From the sequence record OR896822.1: 64,000 nucleotides of DNA. The stretch is one strand, 5' to 3'. This stretch comes from Salmonella phage vB_SenS-3. The notes below the pieces were generated by a model. It did not search any database. It saw nothing but the letters and a program-made list of their open reading frames with translations, and had not been told where the DNA came from. Shown here piece after piece: positions 27,284-35,148 of this stretch (positions are counted from its first letter, which is position 1; each line of letters begins with the position of its first letter). A program made the position numbers and the translations under genes.

Positions 27284-27447
27284 ATGAAATTATTTCGATT
27301 GGTAGTAAGTGATAGACGGTCTAGCAAAGATCGTTCGAAGTATACCTTAGCCCATTATGGGAAAGATGAAAATGAAGTAATGGCTGAATTTGGTATTAAT
27401 CATCGCTACTTAGAAGTTTACTCTATTAAGGAAGTTTATCCGTATTA
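27284..27447 (+). CDS. hypothetical small protein
   Basis: 54-codon ORF between tRNAs with AGAGGA RBS. Confidence 0.3.
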
Positions 27448-27448
27448 A

Positions 27449-27526
27449 GGGTCGTTAGCTCAATTGGTTAGTAGCACTTGCCTTTTAAGCAATAGGTTGA
27501 AGGTTCGAGTCCTTCACGACCCACCA
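27449..27526 (+). tRNA. tRNA-Lys (anticodon TTT)
   Basis: Acceptor GGGTCGT/ACGACCC, anticodon loop CTTTTAA, T-arm GAAGG TTCGAGT CCTTC, CCA. Confidence 0.65.
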
Positions 27527-27535
27527 AATTACTTT

Positions 27536-27609
27536 GCTCGGTTAGTTTAATGGGAGAACCCCGTCTTTACACGGCGGTTGCGATAGTTCGATTCTATCAC
27601 CGAGTACCA
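27536..27609 (+). tRNA. tRNA-Val (anticodon TAC)
   Basis: Anticodon arm CCGTC TTTACAC GGCGG, T-arm GATAG TTCGATT CTATC, CCA. Confidence 0.6.
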
Positions 27610-27634
27610 ATTAACTCAAAATAAGGAATTGCAA

Positions 27635-27988
27635 ATGCAATTATCAAGCAAGATTCAAGGCTATTTTGGTCATGTAACAATGGAGTTCGCTATCTCTAAA
27701 GGTTGGGATTTCGAGCAAGATCTAGCTGAGTTCTACAAAGATATTGATCTGAACGTACCATACATGGGACTCTCCACTGGTCAAGAGATCACAGAAGGCG
27801 ATGTGTTCAAGGCAAGTCAAGGTGAGGTAACACCTAGTTTTGCCAAGTTCTGGTTAGGACTTACTTTGAAGGAAGATGCACCAGAGGATGGTGTGGTTAT
27901 GCAGAGTATGCACTCTGGAAGCTCTGATTACCTTTTCGTTAGCGACGTTAAGGAACTACAAGAAATCGCTAAAAATGTACTTGCTTGA
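27635..27988 (+). CDS. hypothetical protein
   Basis: ATG 27635 after AAGGA RBS. Confidence 0.45.
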   Translation: MQLSSKIQGYFGHVTMEFAISKGWDFEQDLAEFYKDIDLNVPYMGLSTGQEITEGDVFKASQGEVTPSFAKFWLGLTLKEDAPEDGVVMQSMHSGSSDYLFVSDVKELQEIAKNVLA

Positions 27989-28009
27989 TGCTTAATTTCT
28001 TGTTATAAT
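27981..28009 (+). promoter_or_regulatory. early-type promoter (TTGCTT N17 TATAAT) driving 250-nt leader plus tRNAs
   Basis: No ORF for 260 nt downstream, then tRNA-Ala pair. Confidence 0.55.
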
Positions 28010-28271
28010 ATTTATATAAATTGATGAGGAGAAATCCTCATCAAAGTTCACTAAGGTATTAGCTCGACCTAGGGCTGGCTGCCAAAAAGCACAATTGCAA
28101 TTAGACCCCTAATGGCGGGGGATACTTTGCAATAAGTTCTAGATTAGTCCACTAGATTCAGTGGCAACTGAATAGTGTATCGGGTTTGTGAAGAGCGGTT
28201 ATCCTCTACTGGCTAATGTCTGAGGGTAATACGCACACCGAGCTAATAGCCTTAGTAAACTTAAAGATTTT

Positions 28272-28350
28272 GGGGAATGGGTCTGCTTGGAGTGGACACC
28301 TCGCTTGCACCGAGGATATCAGAAGAGTTCGAATCTCTTATTCTCCACCA
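28272..28350 (+). tRNA. tRNA-Ala (anticodon TGC), copy 1
   Basis: G3:U70 pair in acceptor, anticodon arm CCTCG CTTGCAC CGAGG, T-loop TTCGAAT, CCA. Confidence 0.55.
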
Positions 28351-28355
28351 AATTC

Positions 28356-28431
28356 GGGGTCATAGGTTATTTGGTTAAACTTACTGCCTTGCAAGCAGTG
28401 GAACTCAGTTCAATTCTGAGTGACTCCACCA
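28356..28431 (+). tRNA. tRNA-Ala (anticodon TGC), copy 2
   Basis: G3:U70 pair, anticodon arm ACTGC CTTGCAA GCAGT, T-arm CTCAG TTCAATT CTGAG, CCA. Confidence 0.6.
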
Positions 28432-28450
28432 AACAAATTAAGGAAATAAT

Positions 28451-28669
28451 ATGGTATTCTTAGCAGCCTCTGTAGTTCTTGCAGCTTTAGCACTAGCTAT
28501 CTATTTTAGAACTATTAAAGATTTAGCTAAAGAAAAGAAAACTTTCTTTACTGATTATTCTTGGGGCGCTCCATATAACGTCCGCTTTATCAGCTTAGAA
28601 GCTATGCTGATAATGGTATTCAGTGGCATAGGTTCCATTGTTGCAGGGTTACTATTTATTTCTAACTAA
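28451..28669 (+). CDS. hypothetical membrane protein
   Basis: 72 aa, two hydrophobic helices. Confidence 0.4.
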   Translation: MVFLAASVVLAALALAIYFRTIKDLAKEKKTFFTDYSWGAPYNVRFISLEAMLIMVFSGIGSIVAGLLFISN

Positions 28670-28685
28670 ATAAAATGGGGATGTG

Positions 28686-28766
28686 GCGAAATTGGCAGAC
28701 GCGCTAGATTTAGGTTCTAGTCTTCGGGTGTGGGTTCGAGTCCCTCCATCCCTACCAAACATTGGA
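28686..28766 (+). tRNA. tRNA-Leu (anticodon TAG)
   Basis: D-arm GGCGAAATTGGCAGACGC, anticodon arm CTAGA TTTAGGT TCTAG, long variable arm, CCA. Confidence 0.7.
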
Positions 28767-28782
28767 TTAACTCATGATGAAA

Positions 28783-28950
28783 ACTCCTATAACTGATATC
28801 TGGTTAGCTGTTAATACATCAACTAAAGAGTATGTGTTTATAGAGTATGGTCAGAGGTATGACCAAAAGATGTATAATCTCATACTTCCAGTATCTGCTA
28901 ATGAAGTTTATGATTTAATCCTGAGATCTACGGAAGAGCAAATCGATTAG
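28783..28950 (+). CDS. hypothetical small protein
   Basis: 55-codon ORF between tRNAs; 3' end overlaps next tRNA candidate. Confidence 0.25.
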   Translation, partial: TPITDIWLAVNTSTKEYVFIEYGQRYDQKMYNLILPVSANEVYDLILRSTEEQID

Positions 28951-29024
28951 GTGACGAAAACCGCTTGGAAAGTGGCTGACTTGTTAAAGCAGGCTTGAGA
29001 ATTCGAATCTCTCTTCTTCCGCCA
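28932..29024 (+). tRNA. class II tRNA, tentatively tRNA-Ser (anticodon GGA)
   Basis: Acceptor GGAAGAG/TTCTTCC, T-loop TTCGAAT, CCA; anticodon arm assignment uncertain. Confidence 0.4.
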
Positions 29025-29045
29025 AACAACTAATAGGGAATATAA

Positions 29046-29288
29046 ATGAAAGTCAAGATTATGATGTTGGATTTAGCTAATGATAAGTTTTTCTTGCGTC
29101 ATACATTCCCTAGTAAGCAAGCTTTAGAGTTTCATATCAAGTACGCAATAGGCATGAAACTTCCTGAGCGAGAAATATTTGATAAAGCATGTGATACTGG
29201 AGTTATTTATGTATGGCAAACAACCTATCATGATAATCCAGAAGATCTTCGAAAAGAAGTAGAACAAATACTAGAAGATAGGACGTAG
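29046..29288 (+). CDS. hypothetical protein
   Basis: 80-aa ORF; 3' end overlaps tRNA-Ser(TGA) 5' end. Confidence 0.4.
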   Translation: MKVKIMMLDLANDKFFLRHTFPSKQALEFHIKYAIGMKLPEREIFDKACDTGVIYVWQTTYHDNPEDLRKEVEQILEDRT

Positions 29289-29362
29289 TGGTATGTAACC
29301 GGTCTTGAAAACCGGCCCGCTGTAGTGATACGGTGATGGTTCGACTCCATTATCTTCTGCCA
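29273..29362 (+). tRNA. tRNA-Ser (anticodon TGA)
   Basis: Acceptor AGAAGAT/ATCTTCT, perfect anticodon arm CCGGT CTTGAAA ACCGG, long variable arm, T-loop TTCGACT, CCA. Confidence 0.6.
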
Positions 29363-29687
29363 AATCTTGAAGTATGCCGGAATCGGTAGACGGGGCTTCC
29401 TAAAGGGCGTAAGGGGAACATCCACTCCTCATAAGATACCCGAAAACGAGGCTGAGATAACTGGTCTATCTCGTGAAGGTTCGAGTCCTTCTGCTTCTTG
29501 ATATTCATCAATGGCTCAAAGTGTAACGGTGCTATTTGATGCTCTTAGTAAGACTTTCCCGACATGCGTTCGGGAGTAAGCTGCTAAGGCTAGAGTAGAA
29601 GAGTTTCGGAGAGCCGCCACAATTGAAGTCTTTAGAATGGGTATCGCCCTTTAGCCCCTCCGAAAGGGATAACTAGAGATTTCAATT

Positions 29688-29764
29688 GTGGTTATATCAT
29701 AATTGGTTAATGATCCTGATTGTGAATCAGGCCTATGTGGATTCGAATTCCACTAACCACCCCA
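29688..29764 (+). tRNA. tRNA-His (anticodon GTG)
   Basis: Acceptor GTGGTTA/TAACCAC, anticodon arm CCTGA TTGTGAA TCAGG, T-arm GTGGA TTCGAAT TCCAC, CCA. Confidence 0.7.
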
Positions 29765-29770
29765 AATATT

Positions 29771-29845
29771 GCGTCCTTATTTCAATGGAAAGAATGTAAA
29801 GCTACGAACTTTACGATCGGGGTTCGATTCCCTGAGGATGCACCA
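29771..29845 (+). tRNA. tRNA-Arg (anticodon ACG)
   Basis: Anticodon arm GTAAAG CTACGAA CTTTAC, T-loop TTCGATT, CCA. Confidence 0.65.
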
Positions 29846-29869
29846 ATTAACTTATACAGGAACTAAAAT

Positions 29870-30070
29870 ATGGCTGATTTCTGCAAAGAATGCTCTATCG
29901 ATATGTGGGGCAAAGATACTGGTGATCTTTCTGGTCTGATTACAGAAGCCGAAGTTAAAGAAGGCTATGGTGCTGTTGTAATCTGTGAAGGTTGTGGTAT
30001 TATTCGTGTTGACCATAATGGTAAACGTCTAGAAGAACCAGATCCAATTGCCACGGTTCCTGTAGAATAA
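29870..30070 (+). CDS. hypothetical Cys-containing protein
   Basis: 66 aa; CKEC...CEGC pairs. Confidence 0.4.
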   Translation: MADFCKECSIDMWGKDTGDLSGLITEAEVKEGYGAVVICEGCGIIRVDHNGKRLEEPDPIATVPVE

Positions 30071-30077
30071 AAATTAT

Positions 30078-30153
30078 TGGGATGTAGATCAATTGGCAGA
30101 TCGTCGGCCTCTGACTCCGAAGGTTCCACGTTCGATCCGTGGCATCCCAGCCA
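30078..30153 (+). tRNA. tRNA-Gln (anticodon CTG)
   Basis: 5' U start, D-stem GATC/GATC, anticodon loop CTCTGAC, T-arm CCACG TTCGATC CGTGG, CCA. Confidence 0.65.
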
Positions 30154-30159
30154 AACAAT

Positions 30160-30235
30160 TGGAGAGTAGTGTAACGGTTAGCACAACGGCCTTTGACTCC
30201 GTTAATGGTAGGTTCGATTCCTCCTTCTCCAGCCA
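30160..30235 (+). tRNA. tRNA-Gln (anticodon TTG)
   Basis: Acceptor TGGAGAG/TTCTCCA, anticodon loop CTTTGAC, T-loop TTCGATT, CCA. Confidence 0.6.
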
Positions 30236-30241
30236 ATTTAT

Positions 30242-30316
30242 GCGTGATTAGTTCAGTGGCTAGAATAACTGGCTTCCAACCAGTAGACACGAGTTCGACT
30301 CTCGTATCCCGCACCA
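30242..30316 (+). tRNA. tRNA-Gly (anticodon TCC)
   Basis: Anticodon arm ACTGG CTTCCAA CCAGT, T-arm ACGAG TTCGACT CTCGT, acceptor 6/7, CCA. Confidence 0.65.
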
Positions 30317-30332
30317 AATATAAGGAAACGTT

Positions 30333-30554
30333 ATGGACGTTTTTGAGTTTCGTAATAAAAACCCCAATAGACGAGTTTTAATTATTGGTGAAACATATAG
30401 AGCTTATGAGCAAGAAGATGGTTCGGTTTTATTAAATGATGAAAAACAAGGCTATAGCTTTCATCCAGAAGAAACATATGAAGAATTTCGTACTAAGTTT
30501 CTTTTACCAGACTGGCTAGCAATAGCTGAGCAAAGAGAATCCAAAGATGGCTGA
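30333..30554 (+). CDS. hypothetical protein
   Basis: 73-aa ORF after tRNA-Gly. Confidence 0.4.
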   Translation: MDVFEFRNKNPNRRVLIIGETYRAYEQEDGSVLLNDEKQGYSFHPEETYEEFRTKFLLPDWLAIAEQRESKDG

Positions 30555-30711
30555 TAATCTAAAGCTAAAAGTAGATAAACGAATGAAGTGCGTTGAGGTT
30601 GAGTTGGGTGAAGAACGTTTAAAACTCTCCTTCGAATTCTTACAGCAGTTGGCTATGACAGTAATGTCTGATAAGTCTCCTGTATTTGAAAAAGAAATCC
30701 CGTTGAAATAA
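30547..30711 (+). CDS. hypothetical small protein
   Basis: 54-codon ORF overlapping previous stop; followed by CCCGTTGAAATAACGGG hairpin. Confidence 0.25.
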   Translation: MADNLKLKVDKRMKCVEVELGEERLKLSFEFLQQLAMTVMSDKSPVFEKEIPLK

Positions 30712-30720
30712 CGGGTTTAT
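30698..30720 (+). terminator. hairpin terminator candidate
   Basis: CCCGTT GAAATA ACGGG followed by TTTATT. Confidence 0.5.
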
Positions 30721-30721
30721 T

Positions 30722-30796
30722 GCTCCTAAAGCATTGCTGGCGATGCAGTTGCCTTGTAAGCATCTGAACCGGGTTCGATTCCTGGTGGGAGCACCA
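30722..30796 (+). tRNA. tRNA-Thr (anticodon TGT)
   Basis: Acceptor GCTCCTA/TGGGAGC, anticodon loop CTTGTAA, T-arm CCGGG TTCGATT CCTGG, CCA. Confidence 0.6.
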
Positions 30797-30811
30797 AATT
30801 TAAAAATTCAT

Positions 30812-30840
30812 TTGCCTTCTCTCTTATTTCTTGTTATAAT
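30812..30840 (+). promoter_or_regulatory. early-type promoter (TTGCCT N17 TATAAT)
   Basis: Same architecture. Confidence 0.5.
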
Positions 30841-30870
30841 ATTTATATAAATTAATGAGAGGGAAACCAA

Positions 30871-31164
30871 ATGAAACGTTATCTTTCTGTCGTATTCCAA
30901 ACGGGTGGTCAACGCTACACTTATGAATTTCCTGAGTCCTGGAAAATTAAAGAAGGTGATCAAGTTGTTGTATTAACACCTCGTGAAGGCTTCAAAGTAG
31001 TAACGGTTAAACAAGTATTTCCAAAAGATCACGAACCATCTAAGTCTATTCAGTACAAGATGATTCATGGTCTAGTTCGTAAAGTACCACGAACTGAGGT
31101 AGAAGTAGATAAGACTGGTGAAGCTAAATACCAGTATACTTCTTACTTAGACGAGTTGTTATAA
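30871..31164 (+). CDS. hypothetical protein
   Basis: 97 aa; promoter at 30812. Confidence 0.45.
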   Translation: MKRYLSVVFQTGGQRYTYEFPESWKIKEGDQVVVLTPREGFKVVTVKQVFPKDHEPSKSIQYKMIHGLVRKVPRTEVEVDKTGEAKYQYTSYLDELL

Positions 31165-31370
31165 TGAGAATTACTTTCACAGAAAAGATTATGGGCAATG
31201 GTGTTATGATCATTACCGCATGGGATGGTAATCAGTGGTGTAGTGTTTCAGGTATTAAGCCTGAAGAACAAACACTAGAAAATATCTCAAAGATTAAGCG
31301 AAGAATGGCAGAACGTGCACGACTTCCAGGTGCTCCTAGAAATGGTAAACGTTCTGCAATTAAATGTTAA
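31164..31370 (+). CDS. hypothetical protein
   Basis: 68 aa, ATGA overlap with previous gene. Confidence 0.4.
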   Translation: MRITFTEKIMGNGVMIITAWDGNQWCSVSGIKPEEQTLENISKIKRRMAERARLPGAPRNGKRSAIKC

Positions 31371-31371
31371 T

Positions 31372-31448
31372 GCTTCGGTAGCTTAGCGATCTAAAGCACT
31401 CGGCTGATAACCGAGAGATCGGGGGTTTAAATCCCTCCCGGAGTACCA
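31372..31448 (+). tRNA. tRNA-Ile (anticodon GAT)
   Basis: Anticodon arm CTCGG CTGATAA CCGAG, T-loop TTTAAAT, acceptor with G-U pairs, CCA. Confidence 0.6.
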
Positions 31449-31544
31449 AATTTAGGAAGTAAGACTATGCGTCCAGGAAAGTTTAAAAAAGCTAATTGGT
31501 CTAAAGAGTATAAAGAATACTTACTTAGTCTAGTAAAACATAAT

Positions 31545-31617
31545 AGTTAGTTGGCAGAGAGGTTATGCACCTCCTTCATACGGAGCGCCTACAGTGGTTC
31601 AAATCCACTACTAACTA
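31545..31617 (+). tRNA. tRNA with anticodon CAT (third CAT tRNA), CCA not encoded
   Basis: Acceptor AGTTAGT/ACTAACT, anticodon loop TTCATAC, T-arm AGTGG TTCAAAT CCACT. Confidence 0.45.
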
Positions 31618-31984
31618 CTAAACAGAGGATCAGATCATTGTACCAGATCCTGCTGAGAAGAGAGTCCACATTCTATAAATGGCCGGGCGTGACAGCAGGA
31701 AGTAGACTGCAACTCCATGCTATACAGGAGTATAAATGTAGAAGCTAGGGCTTTAGATAGCCATTGTCTTAGCGTGAGCAATCACGTAGTTGCAACAGAC
31801 CAGGGGATAGCAACGTTAAAATCAAAGCTCCTGTGCTTATTAAACTGAATGGGACTATCAATCCACAAGCCGGACTACGAGCGATTATCGGGTATTCACT
31901 TAATAAGCAAGCCTGCCTTCCAGTTTTTATCTTGCTTCTGGGTTAACAAAAAGCTGAGCCAAATTCTAGCATCAGGGAGATCTA

Positions 31985-32353
31985 ATGAAAGCATATCAAA
32001 GTCTTAAGTCTGGCGTAATTAACCTTGTTCATAACAATCAGATCATTCAACTATATTCTAAAGATGGTGAACTTAAACAGAAAGTTCTAGTCGAAGATCT
32101 AGAAGGTATCACACCTCACTTTGACCCTGAGGCCTTTCGCATTGTAGATGTGGAAGTGATTCCTCAAGTCGAGGGTGGTCAGCACCTAAATGTCAACGTG
32201 TTAAGCCGTGATCAGCTTTTGGATGCACAGAAACATCCTGAAAAATATCCTCAGTTGACCATCCGTGTCTCTGGATATGCTGTTCGATTTAACGCATTGA
32301 CGCGTGAACAACAGAACGACGTTATTAGTCGTACATTTACTCAGGCGATATAA
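31985..32353 (+). CDS. grcA: GrcA/YfiD-like autonomous glycyl-radical cofactor protein
   Basis: 122 aa; C-terminal [25 protein letters not shown] matches glycyl-radical domain fingerprint. Confidence 0.7.
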   Translation: MKAYQSLKSGVINLVHNNQIIQLYSKDGELKQKVLVEDLEGITPHFDPEAFRIVDVEVIPQVEGGQHLNVNVLSRDQLLDAQKHPEKYPQLTIRVSGYAVRFNALTREQQNDVISRTFTQAI

Positions 32354-32434
32354 TGGGGTTTGGATATGATTTCTCCCAGCTACGCAAGGTAGTCGAGCAA
32401 ACTCCATTTATCTCCCAAGTTTTAGGAGAAATGT

Positions 32435-32734
32435 GTGGATCGAGCATTAAGACGCCATCACCGGCAACGTGTGAAAAACAATCGCAAAAAGTATTGGACA
32501 GTCTTCCCACATGAAGAAAGTCCTAAGCGGTTAGGCATTATCACTACCACTCCTTGCATCTGTTCTTGTTGGATGTGTGGGAATCCTCGCAAATACTATA
32601 AGAATAGTAAAGCAGGTATGAAAATCTCGGAGATTAAAAAGATGGATGCAATGATTATGGGCATCACCTTTACAGGCGGTATCTCTGATGAATTCGACGG
32701 TTTTGTAACTCAGGATATTGTCGAAATTATCTAA
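32435..32734 (+). CDS. hypothetical Cys-cluster protein
   Basis: GTG start with AGGAG RBS; basic N-terminus, CICSCWMC cluster; not a canonical CxxxCxxC radical-SAM motif. Confidence 0.4.
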   Translation: MDRALRRHHRQRVKNNRKKYWTVFPHEESPKRLGIITTTPCICSCWMCGNPRKYYKNSKAGMKISEIKKMDAMIMGITFTGGISDEFDGFVTQDIVEII

Positions 32735-32743
32735 TTAATAATA

Positions 32744-32778
32744 AACCCCAGCTATTGAATAGGTAGTCTGGGGTTTTC
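32744..32778 (+). terminator. rho-independent terminator
   Basis: AACCCCAG...CTGGGGTTTTC. Confidence 0.6.
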
Positions 32779-32801
32779 TTGTAGTATGTAGGATTTTCGA
32801 A

Positions 32802-32987
32802 ATGAAAATTTTTAAAGTGAACTATAGCGGCCTGTGGTTAGGTGGTACAGCTATTGTCGTTGCAGAAACTGCAGAAGAAGCAATCGAACTGGCTAGAAAC
32901 CATAGAAGTTCTATAGAATTCGAGGATGTGACAGTAGAAGAACTCCCGAGCAGTGGGGTAGTATACAACGACAACGGAGATTACTGA
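32802..32987 (+). CDS. hypothetical protein
   Basis: 61-aa ORF. Confidence 0.35.
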   Translation: MKIFKVNYSGLWLGGTAIVVAETAEEAIELARNHRSSIEFEDVTVEELPSSGVVYNDNGDY

Positions 32988-33045
32988 TGTTATATTTTGA
33001 AGTTCGCCCACATTAAGTTAATTTAAAAGACTTAATGGAGGTAAT

Positions 33046-33441
33046 ATGAGCCGTACATATCGTAAACAATCTGGTGATCGTCACTGGCGTGATGCACATC
33101 GTTCTACTTATAATTTTCATAGCACTAATATCCGTATTCCGTATATCTACACGGATAGGGATGGTAGGCAGTGGAAGTATTATCAAGTTCGATCCAATGA
33201 AGCATGGGCTAAAACTTGGGATGAAATTGAGAAGGAGATTCAGGAAAATATCATCCGTAACGAGAAGAAAGATGGGCACTGGTGGGATTCTGTTAGTAGG
33301 AATGTTAAGTGGCATTCTAACAAAATGGTTCGTCAGGGAAACCGTCGCGAACTTCATCGTGTGATGAAAGATCCAGAAAATTACGACTATAATCGCGATC
33401 ATGATCTGCGTAAGCGTGGGTTATGGTGGTGCTACGACTAA
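33046..33441 (+). CDS. hypothetical Trp/Arg-rich protein
   Basis: 131-aa ORF. Confidence 0.45.
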   Translation: MSRTYRKQSGDRHWRDAHRSTYNFHSTNIRIPYIYTDRDGRQWKYYQVRSNEAWAKTWDEIEKEIQENIIRNEKKDGHWWDSVSRNVKWHSNKMVRQGNRRELHRVMKDPENYDYNRDHDLRKRGLWWCYD

Positions 33442-33458
33442 TTTCATAAATAATTCAT

Positions 33459-33487
33459 TTGCTAAAACCCTCTCCTTTTGATATAAT
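33459..33487 (+). promoter_or_regulatory. early-type promoter (TTGCTA N17 TATAAT)
   Basis: Same architecture. Confidence 0.55.
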
Positions 33488-33517
33488 ATTTATATAAATT
33501 GATGAGAGGGCTTTGAA

Positions 33518-33790
33518 ATGAAAGAAGCAGAAATTAATGAAATGGCTAGAATATTCATCGTTTCCTATATGCAAGGCAGTTGCAATAGTTTATTCGAGTC
33601 TGCTATAGTATTTCAGGAAATGTTAGCCGAGAAAGGCGTACATATGGAAGATACTGAAATTGAAGATCTTCTAATGGAAACTTGTAGTAGTGCTGAAGTC
33701 TTCCAGTGTGGTAACTGTAATTGGTGGTGTCCAGAGCATGATCGTTCTGAAGAAGGTTCCTACTGTTCCGATTGTGAAGGAGAAGAATAA
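33518..33790 (+). CDS. hypothetical Cys-rich acidic protein
   Basis: 90 aa; CGNCNWWC...CSDC. Confidence 0.45.
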   Translation: MKEAEINEMARIFIVSYMQGSCNSLFESAIVFQEMLAEKGVHMEDTEIEDLLMETCSSAEVFQCGNCNWWCPEHDRSEEGSYCSDCEGEE

Positions 33791-34089
33791 TGAATAAGTT
33801 TATTATTGCTCTAGTAATTTCAGCAGTTAGTTTCGGTTCTCTGGCATCTACCAAAGTTTCTATGAAAAATGGTAATGTTAAAGTTCAGCAGAATGGCATT
33901 ACCACCGAATATGGTAAAGTACGTGATGTAAAAGAACGTAATGGCAAAGTAGAAATATATACTAATAAAAACTTCTCTACTCCGGCTGTTACTGTTAGTA
34001 AACGTGGTGAAATCACTACTCAACGTACTAATAGTTCTGATTCTTTTACTTGCCGTTATGACTGCGGCTTTGAAGGTGAAGATGAGTAA
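33790..34089 (+). CDS. hypothetical secreted protein
   Basis: Signal peptide MNKFIIALVISAVSFGSLAS. Confidence 0.45.
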   Translation: MNKFIIALVISAVSFGSLASTKVSMKNGNVKVQQNGITTEYGKVRDVKERNGKVEIYTNKNFSTPAVTVSKRGEITTQRTNSSDSFTCRYDCGFEGEDE

Positions 34090-34501
34090 TTTAGACCCTA
34101 GAATTAAACATGCAGTTGAAGAAATCCAAGATCAAATCGATGAGGATTTCACTGTTTGGTCAAGATTTGGTAATGGTGAAGGTTGTCAGCTTTATAGCAT
34201 GAAAATGGGTATCTCGATTGAACTTAGTATCAATCCCGAGGGTAACGTAGAAGCCCAACCCATGTTCAGTGTTCCAGGCTTCTCTGGATTTGTTATGGGC
34301 ATGAAACTATGTCTACCAAATAAACATCTTTACCGCGTTATCTGTCAGCTAGAAACAATTAAACATTTCTTACCAGAAGATAACATTAATGACTACTATC
34401 ATGAAGTTGTAGCAGCTTACATGATGAAAGAACGCAAACGTCGGAGAGCAGAACGTGAAAGAGCTAAATCTCAACAGTCTAGTACAGATTCCAGCAACTG
34501 A
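34082..34501 (+). CDS. hypothetical protein
   Basis: In-frame ATG 34082 (ATGA overlap with previous stop); basic C-terminus. Confidence 0.45.
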   Translation: MSNLDPRIKHAVEEIQDQIDEDFTVWSRFGNGEGCQLYSMKMGISIELSINPEGNVEAQPMFSVPGFSGFVMGMKLCLPNKHLYRVICQLETIKHFLPEDNINDYYHEVVAAYMMKERKRRRAERERAKSQQSSTDSSN

Positions 34502-34751
34502 TGCTGTACTAGACTTCCCCAAGCAGGAACATATTAAGTTCTGGACTAACTATGCAGAACAGTACGAAGAAACTTCTAGTGCAATAACATTCGCGGATAA
34601 ACGAATAGCTGAGTATACAGATCCTAGAGTTAAAAATGGTATGATTACCTTACCACTTTGGGATGTAATGGAAAAGTTTGGTAAAGATTTGTGCCCAGGT
34701 TGTATACCATTGTTTGTTACTATTCTAATTGACGAAAAGGATCTTAAATGA
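34455..34751 (+). CDS. hypothetical protein (start uncertain)
   Basis: Track ORF; only non-ATG start available, 47-nt overlap with upstream gene. Confidence 0.3.
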   Translation: MKELNLNSLVQIPATDAVLDFPKQEHIKFWTNYAEQYEETSSAITFADKRIAEYTDPRVKNGMITLPLWDVMEKFGKDLCPGCIPLFVTILIDEKDLK

Positions 34752-35032
34752 TTATCTCTCCATTTGCTTTGTGGTTTGTTATTGGTGCAGTTGTCGCGAT
34801 TTACAGTCTGATTGATGATCTGTATATCTCTAAAAATAAAGATGTTATTCTTTATGTTATAAACAAATATCGTCCGCCAGAATTAACAGAATTTGACGAT
34901 GAAAAGATGTTCAAATTCATTATGTCAGGTATGCTTATTATGGATACCTTGTTCGGGCCAGTAGCTACTTATTTCTTCTTCCGTAAAACTCGTAAGATGA
35001 AAAAGTTCCGTGCTGAAATGCAGAGCAAGTAA
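34748..35032 (+). CDS. hypothetical membrane protein
   Basis: 94 aa, two TM helices. Confidence 0.45.
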   Translation: MIISPFALWFVIGAVVAIYSLIDDLYISKNKDVILYVINKYRPPELTEFDDEKMFKFIMSGMLIMDTLFGPVATYFFFRKTRKMKKFRAEMQSK

Positions 35033-35148
35033 AGAACTCGCGTAGGACCGAGTTGCGTCACCTGCAACTGTTACGGATAAGGGAGTCGTGCCCCTTAGTG
35101 CGGTAAGTGGTGAGTTGGTCGCTGACCTCAACTTTAACTGGAGATATC

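Noticed and set aside
29228-30317. Minus-strand ORFs 29228-29425 and 30000-30317
   Set aside because: They overlap several well-folded + strand tRNA genes; their open frames are a by-product of the GC-rich tRNA sequence.
33013-33402. 129-aa minus-strand ORF and 96-aa + frame ORF 33074-33364
   Set aside because: Both overlap the + strand ORF 33046-33441, which follows the local promoter and RBS pattern; the competing ORFs are hydrophobic low-complexity translations.
34082-34751. Programmed frameshift joining ORFs 34082-34501 and 34455-34751
   Set aside because: No slippery heptamer or downstream structure was identified in the 47-nt overlap; more likely two genes, the second with a non-ATG start.
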